Below, piece after piece: positions 37,611 through 47,080 of a stretch of DNA of 64,000 nucleotides. Origin of the DNA: Alphaproteobacteria bacterium (GTDB lineage: Bacteria; Pseudomonadota; Alphaproteobacteria; UBA2966). A program made the position numbers and the translations under genes. The number at the start of each line of letters is the position of its first letter. Positions within the stretch are counted from its first letter, which is position 1. The stretch is from positions 512,001-576,000 of the forward strand of contig OZ219858.1 of assembly GCA_964291395.2 (NCBI GenBank), in the 5' to 3' direction. The notes under the pieces were generated by a model. That model was not told the DNA's origin. It saw only the letters and a list, made by a program, of their open reading frames with translations, and did not search any database.

Positions 37611-38930
37611 ATGGCTGTCGATCTGGCCAAGGTCGCGAAAGACCGGAAGATCAAATATTTCCTCGTCAGTTTTGTCGATCTGTTTGGCGGCTTGCGGGCG
37701 AAGCTGGTGCCCGCCCGTGCGATCGGGGACATGCAGAAGGAAGGTGCCGGCTTCGCCGGCTTCGCGGCTTGGCTCGACATGACGCCCGCCGATCCGGACA
37801 TGTTCGGCGTGCCCGATCCCGACAGCCTCATTCAGCTTCCCTGGAAGAAGGACGTCGCGTGGGTCGCGGCCGACCTCTGGATGAATGGCAAGGAGGTCGA
37901 GGCCTCGCCCCGCATCATCTTGAAGCGCCAGATCGAGAAGGCCGCCAAGAAAGGCTACCGCCTCAAAACCGGCGTCGAATGCGAATACTTCCTGGTCATG
38001 CCGGATGGTACGGCGATCTCCGATCCCTTCGATACTCAGGAGAAACCTTGTTACGACCAGCAGGCCCTGATGCGGCGCTACGACGTCATCAGCGAGATCT
38101 GCGATGCGATGAACGAACTGGGCTGGGGGCCCTACCAGAACGACCACGAGGACGCGAATGGCCAGTTCGAGATGAACTGGGACTATTCGGACTGCCTGAC
38201 AACGGCGGACCGGCATGCGTTCTTCAAGTTCATGGTCAAATCCGTCGCCGAGAAGCATGGCCTGCGGGCGACGTTCATGCCGAAGCCCTTTGTCAGCCTG
38301 ACGGGCAATGGCTGCCACTGCCACGCATCGCTTTGGGACAAGGCAGGCCGCAAGAACCTTTTCCTCGACAACAAGGACGAGATGGGGCTGTCGAAGCTCG
38401 CCTACAACTTCCTCGGCGGAGTTCTCAATTCGGCGGGTCCCCTGTGTGCCTTTTTCAATCCGACGGTGAACTCCTACAAGCGCATCAACGCACCCGCCAC
38501 GTTGTCGGGCGCCAGCTGGTCGCCGAACTCGGTGACCTACGGCGGGAACAACCGGACCCACATGGTTCGAATTCCGGATGCCGGCCGCTTCGAATTCCGC
38601 CTCATGGATGGGTCGGCCAACCCGTATCTGCTCCAGGCCGGCCTGCTGGCCACGGGTCTCGACGGCATTCAGAACAAGCGGGATCCGGGCAAGCGGCTCG
38701 ACGTCAACATGTACGAGTACAGGCGGGCCTCGGAGCTTCGCCGCCTGCGTATACGGAAGCTGCCGCTGAACCTCCTCGACGCCCTGCGTCTGCTCGACAA
38801 GAGCAAGATCATCCGTGCCGGGATCGGCGACGAGTCGGTCGACAGCTACGTCAAGCTGCGGATGAACGACTGGCTGAGCTACGCCGGCCACCTTACCGAC
38901 TGGGAGCGCGAGCACACGCTCGACTGCTGA
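37611..38930 (+). CDS. gmaS: Type III glutamate-ammonia ligase / gamma-glutamylmethylamide synthetase
   Basis: IKYFLVSFVDLFGGLRAKLVP...GAGFAGFAAWLDMTPADPD, KPCYDQQALMRRY, YQNDHEDANGQFEMNW, SGASWSP, GNNRTH: typical GlnT/GmaS. Confidence 0.85.
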   Translation: MAVDLAKVAKDRKIKYFLVSFVDLFGGLRAKLVPARAIGDMQKEGAGFAGFAAWLDMTPADPDMFGVPDPDSLIQLPWKKDVAWVAADLWMNGKEVEASPRIILKRQIEKAAKKGYRLKTGVECEYFLVMPDGTAISDPFDTQEKPCYDQQALMRRYDVISEICDAMNELGWGPYQNDHEDANGQFEMNWDYSDCLTTADRHAFFKFMVKSVAEKHGLRATFMPKPFVSLTGNGCHCHASLWDKAGRKNLFLDNKDEMGLSKLAYNFLGGVLNSAGPLCAFFNPTVNSYKRINAPATLSGASWSPNSVTYGGNNRTHMVRIPDAGRFEFRLMDGSANPYLLQAGLLATGLDGIQNKRDPGKRLDVNMYEYRRASELRRLRIRKLPLNLLDALRLLDKSKIIRAGIGDESVDSYVKLRMNDWLSYAGHLTDWEREHTLDC

Positions 38931-38944
38931 ACCGCCGAGCTCCG

Positions 38945-38974
38945 ACACGGAGAGCGGCCGGCCGTTCTCCGTGT
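38945..38974. terminator. Stem-loop between convergent gmaS and zur
   Basis: ACACGGAGAGCGGC-CG-GCCGTTCTCCGTGT: 14-bp stem with one G-T pair; no clear U tract. Confidence 0.45.
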
Positions 38975-39077
38975 TCGGCGATTTCGCTCGCCCGCGTCGA
39001 GTGCCGCCTGGCCATTACGCCGGACGCTCCCGCCGTGCACCTCGATCAACCGTTCGGGTGGGGTTTCATGACGCGTG

Positions 39078-39578
39078 TCAGGTCTGCGCCCGTTCACGGC
39101 ACTCGCCGCACAGCCCGGTCACCTCGATGGTCTGCTGGCTGATGCGGAATCCGAGAGCATCCGCCTTCTCGCGTATGAGCTTGCTGATGGCCGGGTCTTC
39201 CATCTCGGCCACCCGGCTGCAGTTCCCGCAGATGAGGAATTGCCCGTTGTGCGCGTGCTCGGGCTCGCCGCATCCGACATAGGCGTTGAGGGACTCGATG
39301 CGATGGACGAAACCGTTTTCGACGAGAAAGTCGAGTGCTCTGTACACCGTCGGCGGATCGGCCCGGCGCCCGTCACCCCGCAGGGCATCCAAGAGATCGT
39401 AGGCGCCGACCGGCATGTGATGCTGCCAGACCAGTTCCAGGACTCTCCGCCGCAGCGGAGTCAGGCGCAATTCCCGCTCCCGGCAAACAGCGGACGCGAT
39501 TTCCAACGCCGCGGCGATACATGCTTCGTGGTTGTGATCGTTTGGCCTGAAATCGCTGAGCACGCTCTTGTCCGTCAC
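39078..39578 (-). CDS. zur: Fur-family zinc uptake regulator
   Basis: HNHEAC, RLTPLRRRVL, GAYDLL, PPTVYRALDFL...HRIESLNAY, FLICGNC, CGEC. Confidence 0.85.
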   Translation of the reverse strand: MTDKSVLSDFRPNDHNHEACIAAALEIASAVCRERELRLTPLRRRVLELVWQHHMPVGAYDLLDALRGDGRRADPPTVYRALDFLVENGFVHRIESLNAYVGCGEPEHAHNGQFLICGNCSRVAEMEDPAISKLIREKADALGFRISQQTIEVTGLCGECRERAQT

Positions 39579-39652
39579 AATCTCTCTCCGGGATGAGTGA
39601 GGGGAGCTGACCGATCCAAGATTTTACACTATATCCTCCACAATTTATATTT

Positions 39653-39669
39653 ATGTTATATCGTATTAT
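39653..39669. promoter_or_regulatory. Possible Zur box in an AT-rich island upstream of zur
   Basis: ATGTTATA-T-CGTATTAT. Left half matches the ATGTTATA-N-TATAACAT Zur consensus; right half is partial. Confidence 0.4.
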
Positions 39670-40053
39670 TACTGTGAGCCGCCGACCGGTGGGATGGACC
39701 ATGTTCATGCACGGCAGCGTCAAAGCATGGACGGTCACGCTCTTGATCTTTGCCTCCTGATTCTGACGTGTGGCACCGGCGAAGCGGATGCGTTTGCTGA
39801 GGCCGCCGAGGGTGGGCCGTCACCCCACGGCTGCTCCCTGCGGCCTTCGGACGCGCGCGAACGCCTCGCCATCACCGCGGCGTGAGTTCTCGCGGAGGTC
39901 CTGATCCGCCTGATTTGCCTTGTCGCCTCCTTTGGATCCAAGAGGGTCGGTTGCGAACCCGTGCCGAATTCGTCATAAGTTGAGGCATATCGGCGGCCGC
40001 GCGGGAACGGCGGCGTGGCTGCCTCAGCCATACAATGATCGAGAGGGTACGAG

Positions 40054-40812
40054 ATGGAACTACAGCTCAAAGACCGGCCATGCCTGGTGACTGGCGCGGG
40101 CACGGGCATTGGACGCGGCGTCGCCAAAATGCTCGCAGCCGAAGGCGCCAAGGTCGCCATCAACGGGAGGCGAGAGAACCTGTTGAACGAGCTCGCCGAT
40201 GAGATCGTGGCGGACGGCGGTGAACGGCCCACGATCATCGCCGAGGACGTCACCACGAAAGAGGCTCCCGAAGTCATCAGGAAGGCGGTGTATGACGCCT
40301 ATGGCCGGCTCGACGTTCTGGTCAATAATGTGGGAGCTGCCGCGGCGTCGCCGATGGATGCTCCCGACGAGGTCTGGGACAACCTCTTCAACATGAATTT
40401 CGTCCCGACGCGGCGGCTGACGAGCGCTTTCCTTCCGGGCATGCAGGAACAGAAGTTCGGCCGCATCGTCAATCTGACGGGCACCCAGGAGCCTCCGGCG
40501 GCCAGCGCATCGACTGCCGCAAAGGCTGCCGTTCAGGCTTGGTCCAAAGGGCTCGCCAACCAGGCAGGTGCCGATGGAATCACCTCCAACTGCGTTTGTC
40601 CCGGGCGGATCATGAGCGAGCAGGTCGTGGAACGGCTGTATCCTACCGAGGAAAGCCGTCAGCAGTTCGCGGAAGCGAACATTCCCATGGGATATTTCGG
40701 CGAACCGGAAGACATCGCCTGCATGATCGTGTTCCTGTGCTCGCCCATCGCGCGTTACGTCACGGGAACCGTGATCGAAGTGGATGGCGGAATGAAGCGC
40801 TATTCGCACTAG
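40054..40812 (+). CDS. Short-chain dehydrogenase/reductase
   Basis: VTGAGTGIG, DVLVNNVG, CPGRI, FGEPEDIA, VTGTVIEVDGG. Confidence 0.9.
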   Translation: MELQLKDRPCLVTGAGTGIGRGVAKMLAAEGAKVAINGRRENLLNELADEIVADGGERPTIIAEDVTTKEAPEVIRKAVYDAYGRLDVLVNNVGAAAASPMDAPDEVWDNLFNMNFVPTRRLTSAFLPGMQEQKFGRIVNLTGTQEPPAASASTAAKAAVQAWSKGLANQAGADGITSNCVCPGRIMSEQVVERLYPTEESRQQFAEANIPMGYFGEPEDIACMIVFLCSPIARYVTGTVIEVDGGMKRYSH

Positions 40813-40896
40813 TGTGGATGGATCGACGTTCCTGCGTTTTGTGCGGTTGGGCCGTGAATCAGGTATAAGGACGGGTTTCGGAGGGCCGAAAACGTA

Positions 40897-41985
40897 GTGT
40901 CAGACGAGCATCCACAGCCTAGGCGACGGCGGGGACGTGGGTTCGTCCGCCTCGTCCTGTTGCTGATCGTGCCGGTTGCGGCCGCGATCAGCGGTCTCTA
41001 CTGGTATGCCCTCGGCGGCCGTTACGTCACGACCGAGAACGCATACGTCAAGACCAACATGATCGCGATCTCCCCGAATATTTCGGGCCGGGTCATCGAC
41101 GTGAAGGTCGAAGACAATCAATCCGTCGACGCAGGAGACGTCCTCTTCCAGATCGACCCGGAACCGCTGCACATCGCCGTCGACCGCGCGGAAGCCCGAA
41201 TCCTTGCGGTGCGCAACGAGATCGAATCGAAACAGGCCGAATATGCCCAGATCGAGGCGGAGATCGGTGAAGTTCTCGAACGCCAGAAGTTCCTGAAGCG
41301 GCAGTACGAACGCCAACAACAATTGCAGGAGCGAGGCGTGGCGACGGCCGTCAGACTTGACGAGGCGGAGAACCTGCTTGCCACGTCCCGGCAGACCGTG
41401 CGAGTGCTGCGCCAGAAGATCCGCCGGGTGGTCGCGGACCTGGGCGGCGATCTGCTGACGCCCGTGGAACGGCACCCCGACTATCTCGAGGCCGAGTCCG
41501 AACGGGATCAGGCCAGGCTGATGCTCAGCTACTCTACGGTATCGGCACCGGCGAGCGGCATCGTCAGCCGCATGCAGCTGCAAGCCGGCGAGTGGGTTGA
41601 AGACGGTGAACCCATCTTCAGCGTCATCGAAAGCAAGGACCACTGGATCGAAGCGAATCTCAAGGAAACGCAGCTCACGCACGTGGTGGTTGGACAAAAG
41701 GTGACGGTAGAGCTCGATGCCTATCCGGATGTCCTGTGGGAGGGTCGGGTCGACTCGATCAGTGCCGCGACCGGTGCCGAATTCTCGATTCTGCCCCCAC
41801 AAAACGCCACCGGGAACTGGGTCAAGGTCGTTCAGCGGCTGCCCGTCCGGATCGCCGTCACGCGAAGCGACGGCAAACCACCCCTGCGCGCCGGCATGAC
41901 GGTCACCGTCTCCATCGACACGGAACGTGAACGTGAGATGCTGAGCATCGCGCGCGAGACATGGGAATCGATCCGAGGCGGATAG
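40897..41985 (+). CDS. HlyD/EmrA-family membrane fusion protein
   Basis: N-terminal TM, TENAYV, ANLKETQL, ATGAEFSILPPQNATGNWVKVVQRLPVRI. Confidence 0.93.
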   Translation: MSDEHPQPRRRRGRGFVRLVLLLIVPVAAAISGLYWYALGGRYVTTENAYVKTNMIAISPNISGRVIDVKVEDNQSVDAGDVLFQIDPEPLHIAVDRAEARILAVRNEIESKQAEYAQIEAEIGEVLERQKFLKRQYERQQQLQERGVATAVRLDEAENLLATSRQTVRVLRQKIRRVVADLGGDLLTPVERHPDYLEAESERDQARLMLSYSTVSAPASGIVSRMQLQAGEWVEDGEPIFSVIESKDHWIEANLKETQLTHVVVGQKVTVELDAYPDVLWEGRVDSISAATGAEFSILPPQNATGNWVKVVQRLPVRIAVTRSDGKPPLRAGMTVTVSIDTEREREMLSIARETWESIRGG

Positions 41986-42100
41986 ACTCGTTCGGGAGAG
42001 GTCGGCGGCGCTCGAAACCGATTCAACCTGTTGATATGGGGTTGGATGATACTATTGAGTTGGAAGTATTCATGATTCCAACTCAACAGAATGCGCGCCA

Positions 42101-43621
42101 GTGGTCACGCCCGAAGCTGCGGACTCTCATTCTTCCTTTGAACGCGCACTGATCCTGGCGATCGTCGTCTTTGCGGGCGCCGTCTACGCCAGCACGCAGA
42201 CGATCATTCTCGTATCCCTGCCGCAAATGCAGGGCGACCTGTCGGCCAGCATCGACCAGATCTCCTGGGTCGTGACCGGCAACATCGTTGCCTCGGCGAT
42301 CGGGATTCCGCCGACTGCCTGGCTTTCGGCGCGGTTCGGGCGCAAGCGCCTGTTCCTGTTCTGCATCGGATGCTTCATCGCCTCGTGCCTGCTGCTCAGC
42401 GTCTCGACCAGCCTCGAGGAGGTCGTGATCTGGCGCATCATGCAGGGCCTGACCGGCGCGCCCCTGATCGCGATCACGCAAGCCATCTCCATGGACATCT
42501 ACCCCAGGGAAAAGCAGGGCATGGCCATGGCGGTCTGGTCCGTCGGGCTGATCGTGGGACCCGTCGTGGCGCCGACAGTGGGCGGCTATCTGACCGAAGT
42601 GGGCGACTGGCGGCTGGTGTTCCTGGCCGTGGTGCCGCTCGCCGTTTTCTCGTTCTTTGCGAGCCTGGCGGTCGTGCCCGAGTGGACCTCGGAGCGTGAC
42701 CTGCGGTTCGATTGGTTCGGCTTCGTCGCCGTGACCTTCGGCATCGGCGCCGCCCAGCTCACCATAGACCAGGGGCAGCGGCTGGACTGGTTCGAGTCGA
42801 CCGAGATCGTCGTTCTGACCGTGGTCGCAGGGTTCGGGCTCTACGTCTTCATCGCCCACATCCTGACCGCCCGAAATCCCTTCCTCGATCCGGGCATTTT
42901 TCGGGACCGGAACTTCTCCGTCGGGTTGTTCACGATGTTCGTCTACAGCCCGCTGATCTACATCCCCATGGTCCTGCTTCCGAACATGCTGGAGGATCTG
43001 AGGGACTTTCCGGCCGTGACCATCGGCCTGCTCCTGCTGCCGCGCGGACTGGGGCAGATCGTCGGACTGTCGATCGCGGGCCGCTTCGTCGGCAAGGTGG
43101 ATTGCCGGAAACTGCTGGTGGCGAGCCTGCTGCTGCAGGCCTTCACGACCTGGACCATGTCCCGATGGGATCTCGGCATCGGTATCTGGGACATCGTCTG
43201 GCCGAGCTTCCTCCAGGGGATCGCCATGGGGTTCATCTTCATGTCCATCATCACCATCACCTATTCCACCCTCGAGCGGGAACGTCGTACGGAAGGGGCG
43301 GCGCTGTTTTCGCTGGTGCGCAACTTCGGAACCTCCATGGGCATCTCGACCGCCGTGACCCTGTTCGTCCGGTTCGCCACCAAGAGCCAGGCGTCGTTGA
43401 CCGAGCATGCCGAGCCCTTCAACGAGCTCTTCCGCCTGCCGGAAAACCTGAGTCTGTGGGACCTCGAAAGCCTGTCCAGCGTCGCGACGCTGGAATCCCA
43501 GATCGTGCGGCACGCCGAGATGGTGGGCTACGCCAACGACTTCTTCGTCATGACCGTATGGGCGCTGTTGCTGATCCCCATCGCGGTCCTGGCGCGGAAC
43601 ACGGTAAGCGCGCCGCGCTGA
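42101..43621 (+). CDS. DHA2-family MFS efflux permease (EmrB-like)
   Basis: LPQMQGDLSASIDQISWV, ARFGRKRLF, RIMQG, GPVVAPTVGGYLTE, QGQRLDWFES, LVRNFG. Confidence 0.92.
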   Translation: MVTPEAADSHSSFERALILAIVVFAGAVYASTQTIILVSLPQMQGDLSASIDQISWVVTGNIVASAIGIPPTAWLSARFGRKRLFLFCIGCFIASCLLLSVSTSLEEVVIWRIMQGLTGAPLIAITQAISMDIYPREKQGMAMAVWSVGLIVGPVVAPTVGGYLTEVGDWRLVFLAVVPLAVFSFFASLAVVPEWTSERDLRFDWFGFVAVTFGIGAAQLTIDQGQRLDWFESTEIVVLTVVAGFGLYVFIAHILTARNPFLDPGIFRDRNFSVGLFTMFVYSPLIYIPMVLLPNMLEDLRDFPAVTIGLLLLPRGLGQIVGLSIAGRFVGKVDCRKLLVASLLLQAFTTWTMSRWDLGIGIWDIVWPSFLQGIAMGFIFMSIITITYSTLERERRTEGAALFSLVRNFGTSMGISTAVTLFVRFATKSQASLTEHAEPFNELFRLPENLSLWDLESLSSVATLESQIVRHAEMVGYANDFFVMTVWALLLIPIAVLARNTVSAPR

Positions 43622-43706
43622 GCAAGCTGAAGAAATTCGGGCGAACCTCTCCCGAGAAAGAGGTCCGCCCCAAGCATCGACCTGGAAATGCCGTCGTTCG
43701 ACGCAC

Positions 43707-44786
43707 TCAGTTGCCGATGGCCCTCGACCATTGATCGGTCCAGTCGCTGATGTCGATCCGGCTGAAGTCGAACGTGAGGATGCGTTCCATCGCGGCGCTG
43801 TCCAAGATCATCATCTCCTGGAGCAGCGGCTCCTTTTGCATACGGGCGATGGCGTTCTTGTTGACGGGTACGACCCCCGTCTTCTTGGCCAACTGGAATT
43901 GGAACTCCTCGCCGATGTACTCGTTGAGATACGCGGTTGCGGCCTCGGGAACCTTGGTGCCGTTGACCACGATCATCAGCGTGTACGTCGCTGCACCCGT
44001 GTGATCGTCGGTGATCTTCGGATAAGCCATCGACACGTTCAGACCGGCGTTTTTCATGCGGACGCACCAACCCGCGTGCACCATCGCGGCGTAAATGTCC
44101 CCGGTTTCCAGATGCGTCACGTTGGCGCTGCCACGCTTCCAGTAAGTGAACGGATCGATCTGCTTGATCAGATCGAGACCCGGCTTGATGTTGTCGACAC
44201 CGCCGCCCGCTGCGTAGGCCACCATCGCCACGTTGCTCAAACCGGGGCCCGCCGTGATATCGGGCCACGAGAGTTTCCTCTTGAGATTGGGGTGCACGAG
44301 ATCCTGGAAGGTCTGCGGAACCGGGATGCCGTTGTCGGCGAACTTCTGCTTTTCGTAGCAGACACCGTATTGAGACGTCAGCGTCACGAACTTGTCGTCT
44401 TCATAAAGCGACGCCGGCATGTTTGCCTTGTTCGGGACGAGGTCGTGGTCGATCTTCGCGGCATAGCCGCCCTCGGCGATCGACGGCAGCAACGGTTCTC
44501 CCACTTCCATGACGTCGATGGGAACGTCCCGTCCCCGTGCGGCCACAAGCTTGGCCAGGTTGTCGTGCGGGCTGGCGGTCACGAATTCGATCTTCATCCC
44601 CTTGGCGACAAGCTGCGGGACGATGTGGTCCTCCTGGACCTTGCGCCAGGAGCCTCCCCAAGTGCCGACGCGAAGTGTCATACCGTCGAATTCGCCGGCG
44701 GCCACGGCACCCGGGAACAGCACGATCGCCATGGCGCCTGCAGATGCACCGACGATGGCCGCCTTCACGTAGTTCATTATTTGCAT
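43707..44786 (-). CDS. PotD/PotF-like extracellular solute-binding protein (no permease nearby)
   Basis: Signal peptide, VGTWGGSW, P.TFQDL.HP. AGGAGA RBS before the ATG at 44786. Confidence 0.82.
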   Translation of the reverse strand: MQIMNYVKAAIVGASAGAMAIVLFPGAVAAGEFDGMTLRVGTWGGSWRKVQEDHIVPQLVAKGMKIEFVTASPHDNLAKLVAARGRDVPIDVMEVGEPLLPSIAEGGYAAKIDHDLVPNKANMPASLYEDDKFVTLTSQYGVCYEKQKFADNGIPVPQTFQDLVHPNLKRKLSWPDITAGPGLSNVAMVAYAAGGGVDNIKPGLDLIKQIDPFTYWKRGSANVTHLETGDIYAAMVHAGWCVRMKNAGLNVSMAYPKITDDHTGAATYTLMIVVNGTKVPEAATAYLNEYIGEEFQFQLAKKTGVVPVNKNAIARMQKEPLLQEMMILDSAAMERILTFDFSRIDISDWTDQWSRAIGN

Positions 44787-44964
44787 GATGTTGTCTCCTT
44801 GCGAGACGAATGAATTGGAAAGACCGCCGCCCCTTCCGGCCGGCCGGCCAAATCTCACCACGCTGTTAACTGACCAATCGACAATCGATGCGCCGACCTT
44901 CAAATTCCCGGCTGGTAGAGTCGCCGCCTGTGTCCGTTGACGCGCCTTCTTCCGATTACTTCGA

Positions 44965-45816
44965 TTAGAACGGTCGATCTCCCTTAAGGGTGACCCGCTG
45001 GAGGTGCCTGCGACGGGGACTGAAGTCCCGTTCGGAATAAAAATAGTCGGCGCTGACCCGATGCAGGGTGCAGCGGTTATCCCACATGGCGATTGAGTTG
45101 ACGCGCCAGTGAAAGCGGCACGAGAAATCGGGGTTCTCCGCGTGACCATACAGAAAATCGAGGATGGCTGCGCTTTCCTTCGGACTCATGCCCTCGAGGG
45201 AAGCGCAGTTCTTGCGGTGAAGATAGAGCGCCTTTCTGCCTGTGACCGGATGGGTTCGCACCACGGGATGGGCGGCGACGAAGTCGCCGGCATCCTCGAT
45301 CGCGGTCATGCCCTGGAACCGGCTGTAGTTCGCGACCCCCCCCTTGAAGACGCATTTCAGACCGTCCAGCAGGCCCCTCATGGTATCGGAGAGCGTTTCA
45401 TAGGCCAGATACATATTGGCGAAATGCGTATCGCCGCTGAACGGGGGAACGTCACGCGCGTAGAGCACGGAACCCAAGGGCGGTTCTTCGAGAAACGGCA
45501 GGTCGGTATGCCAGCCGTCTCCCCAGTTGTGATGTTCCTCCGACTCCTTGACGACCTCGACGATTTCCGGGTGTCCCGGCATGCTCCGCGTCAGCGGATG
45601 GACGTGCAGGTCGCCGAAACGGCGGGCGAACGCCTTGTGCTGGCCGGGTGTGAGTTCCTGGTTGTGGAAGAACAGGACGAGATGGTCGAGAAACGCGTCG
45701 TAGATCTCTGAGAAGGTTTCGTTGTCGAGCGTTTCGGAGAGATCGATGCCGGCGATTTCTGCGCCCAGCGCGCCGGTCACGGGATGGACTTCGATCCTGT
45801 CATAGTTCTCGCGCAT
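44965..45816 (-). CDS. TauD/TfdA-family Fe(II)/2-oxoglutarate dioxygenase
   Basis: GALGAEIAGIDL, WHTD, GDTHFANMYLAYE, HPVVRTHPVTGRKAL, WDNRCTLH. Confidence 0.92.
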   Translation of the reverse strand: MRENYDRIEVHPVTGALGAEIAGIDLSETLDNETFSEIYDAFLDHLVLFFHNQELTPGQHKAFARRFGDLHVHPLTRSMPGHPEIVEVVKESEEHHNWGDGWHTDLPFLEEPPLGSVLYARDVPPFSGDTHFANMYLAYETLSDTMRGLLDGLKCVFKGGVANYSRFQGMTAIEDAGDFVAAHPVVRTHPVTGRKALYLHRKNCASLEGMSPKESAAILDFLYGHAENPDFSCRFHWRVNSIAMWDNRCTLHRVSADYFYSERDFSPRRRHLQRVTLKGDRPF

Positions 45817-45959
45817 CGATACCTCGTGCGCGGCGCTCCTGGCCGCAAGCGCCTTTGGACAATCCGGCTCGAACGCCTCTCCCGACACCCGAGTCCGACC
45901 CGCAAGGCATGTTAGACCTGCGCTCCCGGAGCCACAAGTAAGCCCAGGCGCGCGGGGTG

Positions 45960-46085
45960 TCAGGAATACCGCAGAATTTCCGGCAGATCCCGGGCGCCAT
46001 GAAGCACGCGTACGATCAGCGGCGGATCACGGTCCGGCGTGTAAACGACAACACAGGGGTAGCCGCGGACCGAACGCGCCCGGCG
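45960..46085 (-). pseudogene. C-terminal remnant of a RelE/ParE type II toxin
   Basis: ...SVRGYPCVVVYTPDRDPPLIVRVLHGARDLPEIL*, with the ParE-type VRVLHGARD ending. No start codon or antitoxin. Confidence 0.6.
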
Positions 46086-46135
46086 ATGCCGGAATCGCCT
46101 CCGACGGATGCCTTTCGTTGGGCTACCCGGACAAC

Positions 46136-47080
46136 CTAGTAGTCGATCGGCGTCGTCCACTCCGGGTCGTCGTGCTTCGCCCAGTACAGGTCGCGGATCT
46201 GCTCGGTCTTGGGACCGGGCCGGCCGCCGTTGAGCGGTTCACCGTCGATCGTCGTGACCGGCATGATCCCGCCCGCCGTCGACGTAATGAACACCTCGTC
46301 CGCGCCTTTGAGGTCCGCCGTCGGCACCGGGGCGACATGGGTCTTGATCTGCAACTCCTCGCAGAGCTTGAAGGTGACCTTTCGGGTGATACCCTCCAGC
46401 ATGCCGCGGTGCGGCGTGACCGCTTCGCCATCCCTGACAACGAAGACGTTGAACCCGGGTCCTTCGGTTATGTTGCCGTCCTCGTCGGGCATGAGCACGT
46501 TGTCGCCGCCCCGGTCGAAGGCCTCGAACAGGCCGGCGACGAAATCGAGCCGGTTGTAGTTCTTGATCTTCGGATCGACCGCATCGGGCGAGATCCGCGG
46601 TGCCGAGGCGACGATCATGTTGAGCCCCCGGTCCTGGACTTCCTTCTTGATGGTGTCGGAATAGGGTTGGGCGTAGGCGAAGAAGTTGGGTGTCGCGTCC
46701 CGGGGGTCTCGCGATCCCGGCACCGCCGCGCCGCGGGTGCAGATCGGCTTCACCAGGGCGCGCCGCAGACCGGAGCGGCGTACGCATTCGTCCTGGATCT
46801 CGATCAGCTCCTTGCGCGTCACCGGCAGATCCAGCCGCAGCGTCTCGCACGAGGTCAGGAACCGGTCCAGGTGGAGATCGCGGCGGAAGTACTTGCCGTC
46901 CCACACCTTGAGGGTATCGAAGGTGCAGTCGGAGCGCGTGAACCCGAAGTCGAGGACGGAGATCTTCGCCTCGCGGAGCGGCCGGTAGTCGCCGTCTATG
47001 AAGGCGATGCCCTCCGCCGGATCGATATCCGGGCGGGGCGCCTCCGGCGCCGGCATGGGGGATTCGTTCAAGGCACTCAT
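46136..47080 (-). CDS. Class IV PLP aminotransferase, related to (R)-selective amine transaminases
   Basis: ISVLDFGFTRSDCTFD, HLDRF, DPKIKNY, ITEGPGFNVF, LEGITR, ADEVFITSTAGGIMPV. Confidence 0.88.
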   Translation of the reverse strand: MSALNESPMPAPEAPRPDIDPAEGIAFIDGDYRPLREAKISVLDFGFTRSDCTFDTLKVWDGKYFRRDLHLDRFLTSCETLRLDLPVTRKELIEIQDECVRRSGLRRALVKPICTRGAAVPGSRDPRDATPNFFAYAQPYSDTIKKEVQDRGLNMIVASAPRISPDAVDPKIKNYNRLDFVAGLFEAFDRGGDNVLMPDEDGNITEGPGFNVFVVRDGEAVTPHRGMLEGITRKVTFKLCEELQIKTHVAPVPTADLKGADEVFITSTAGGIMPVTTIDGEPLNGGRPGPKTEQIRDLYWAKHDDPEWTTPIDY

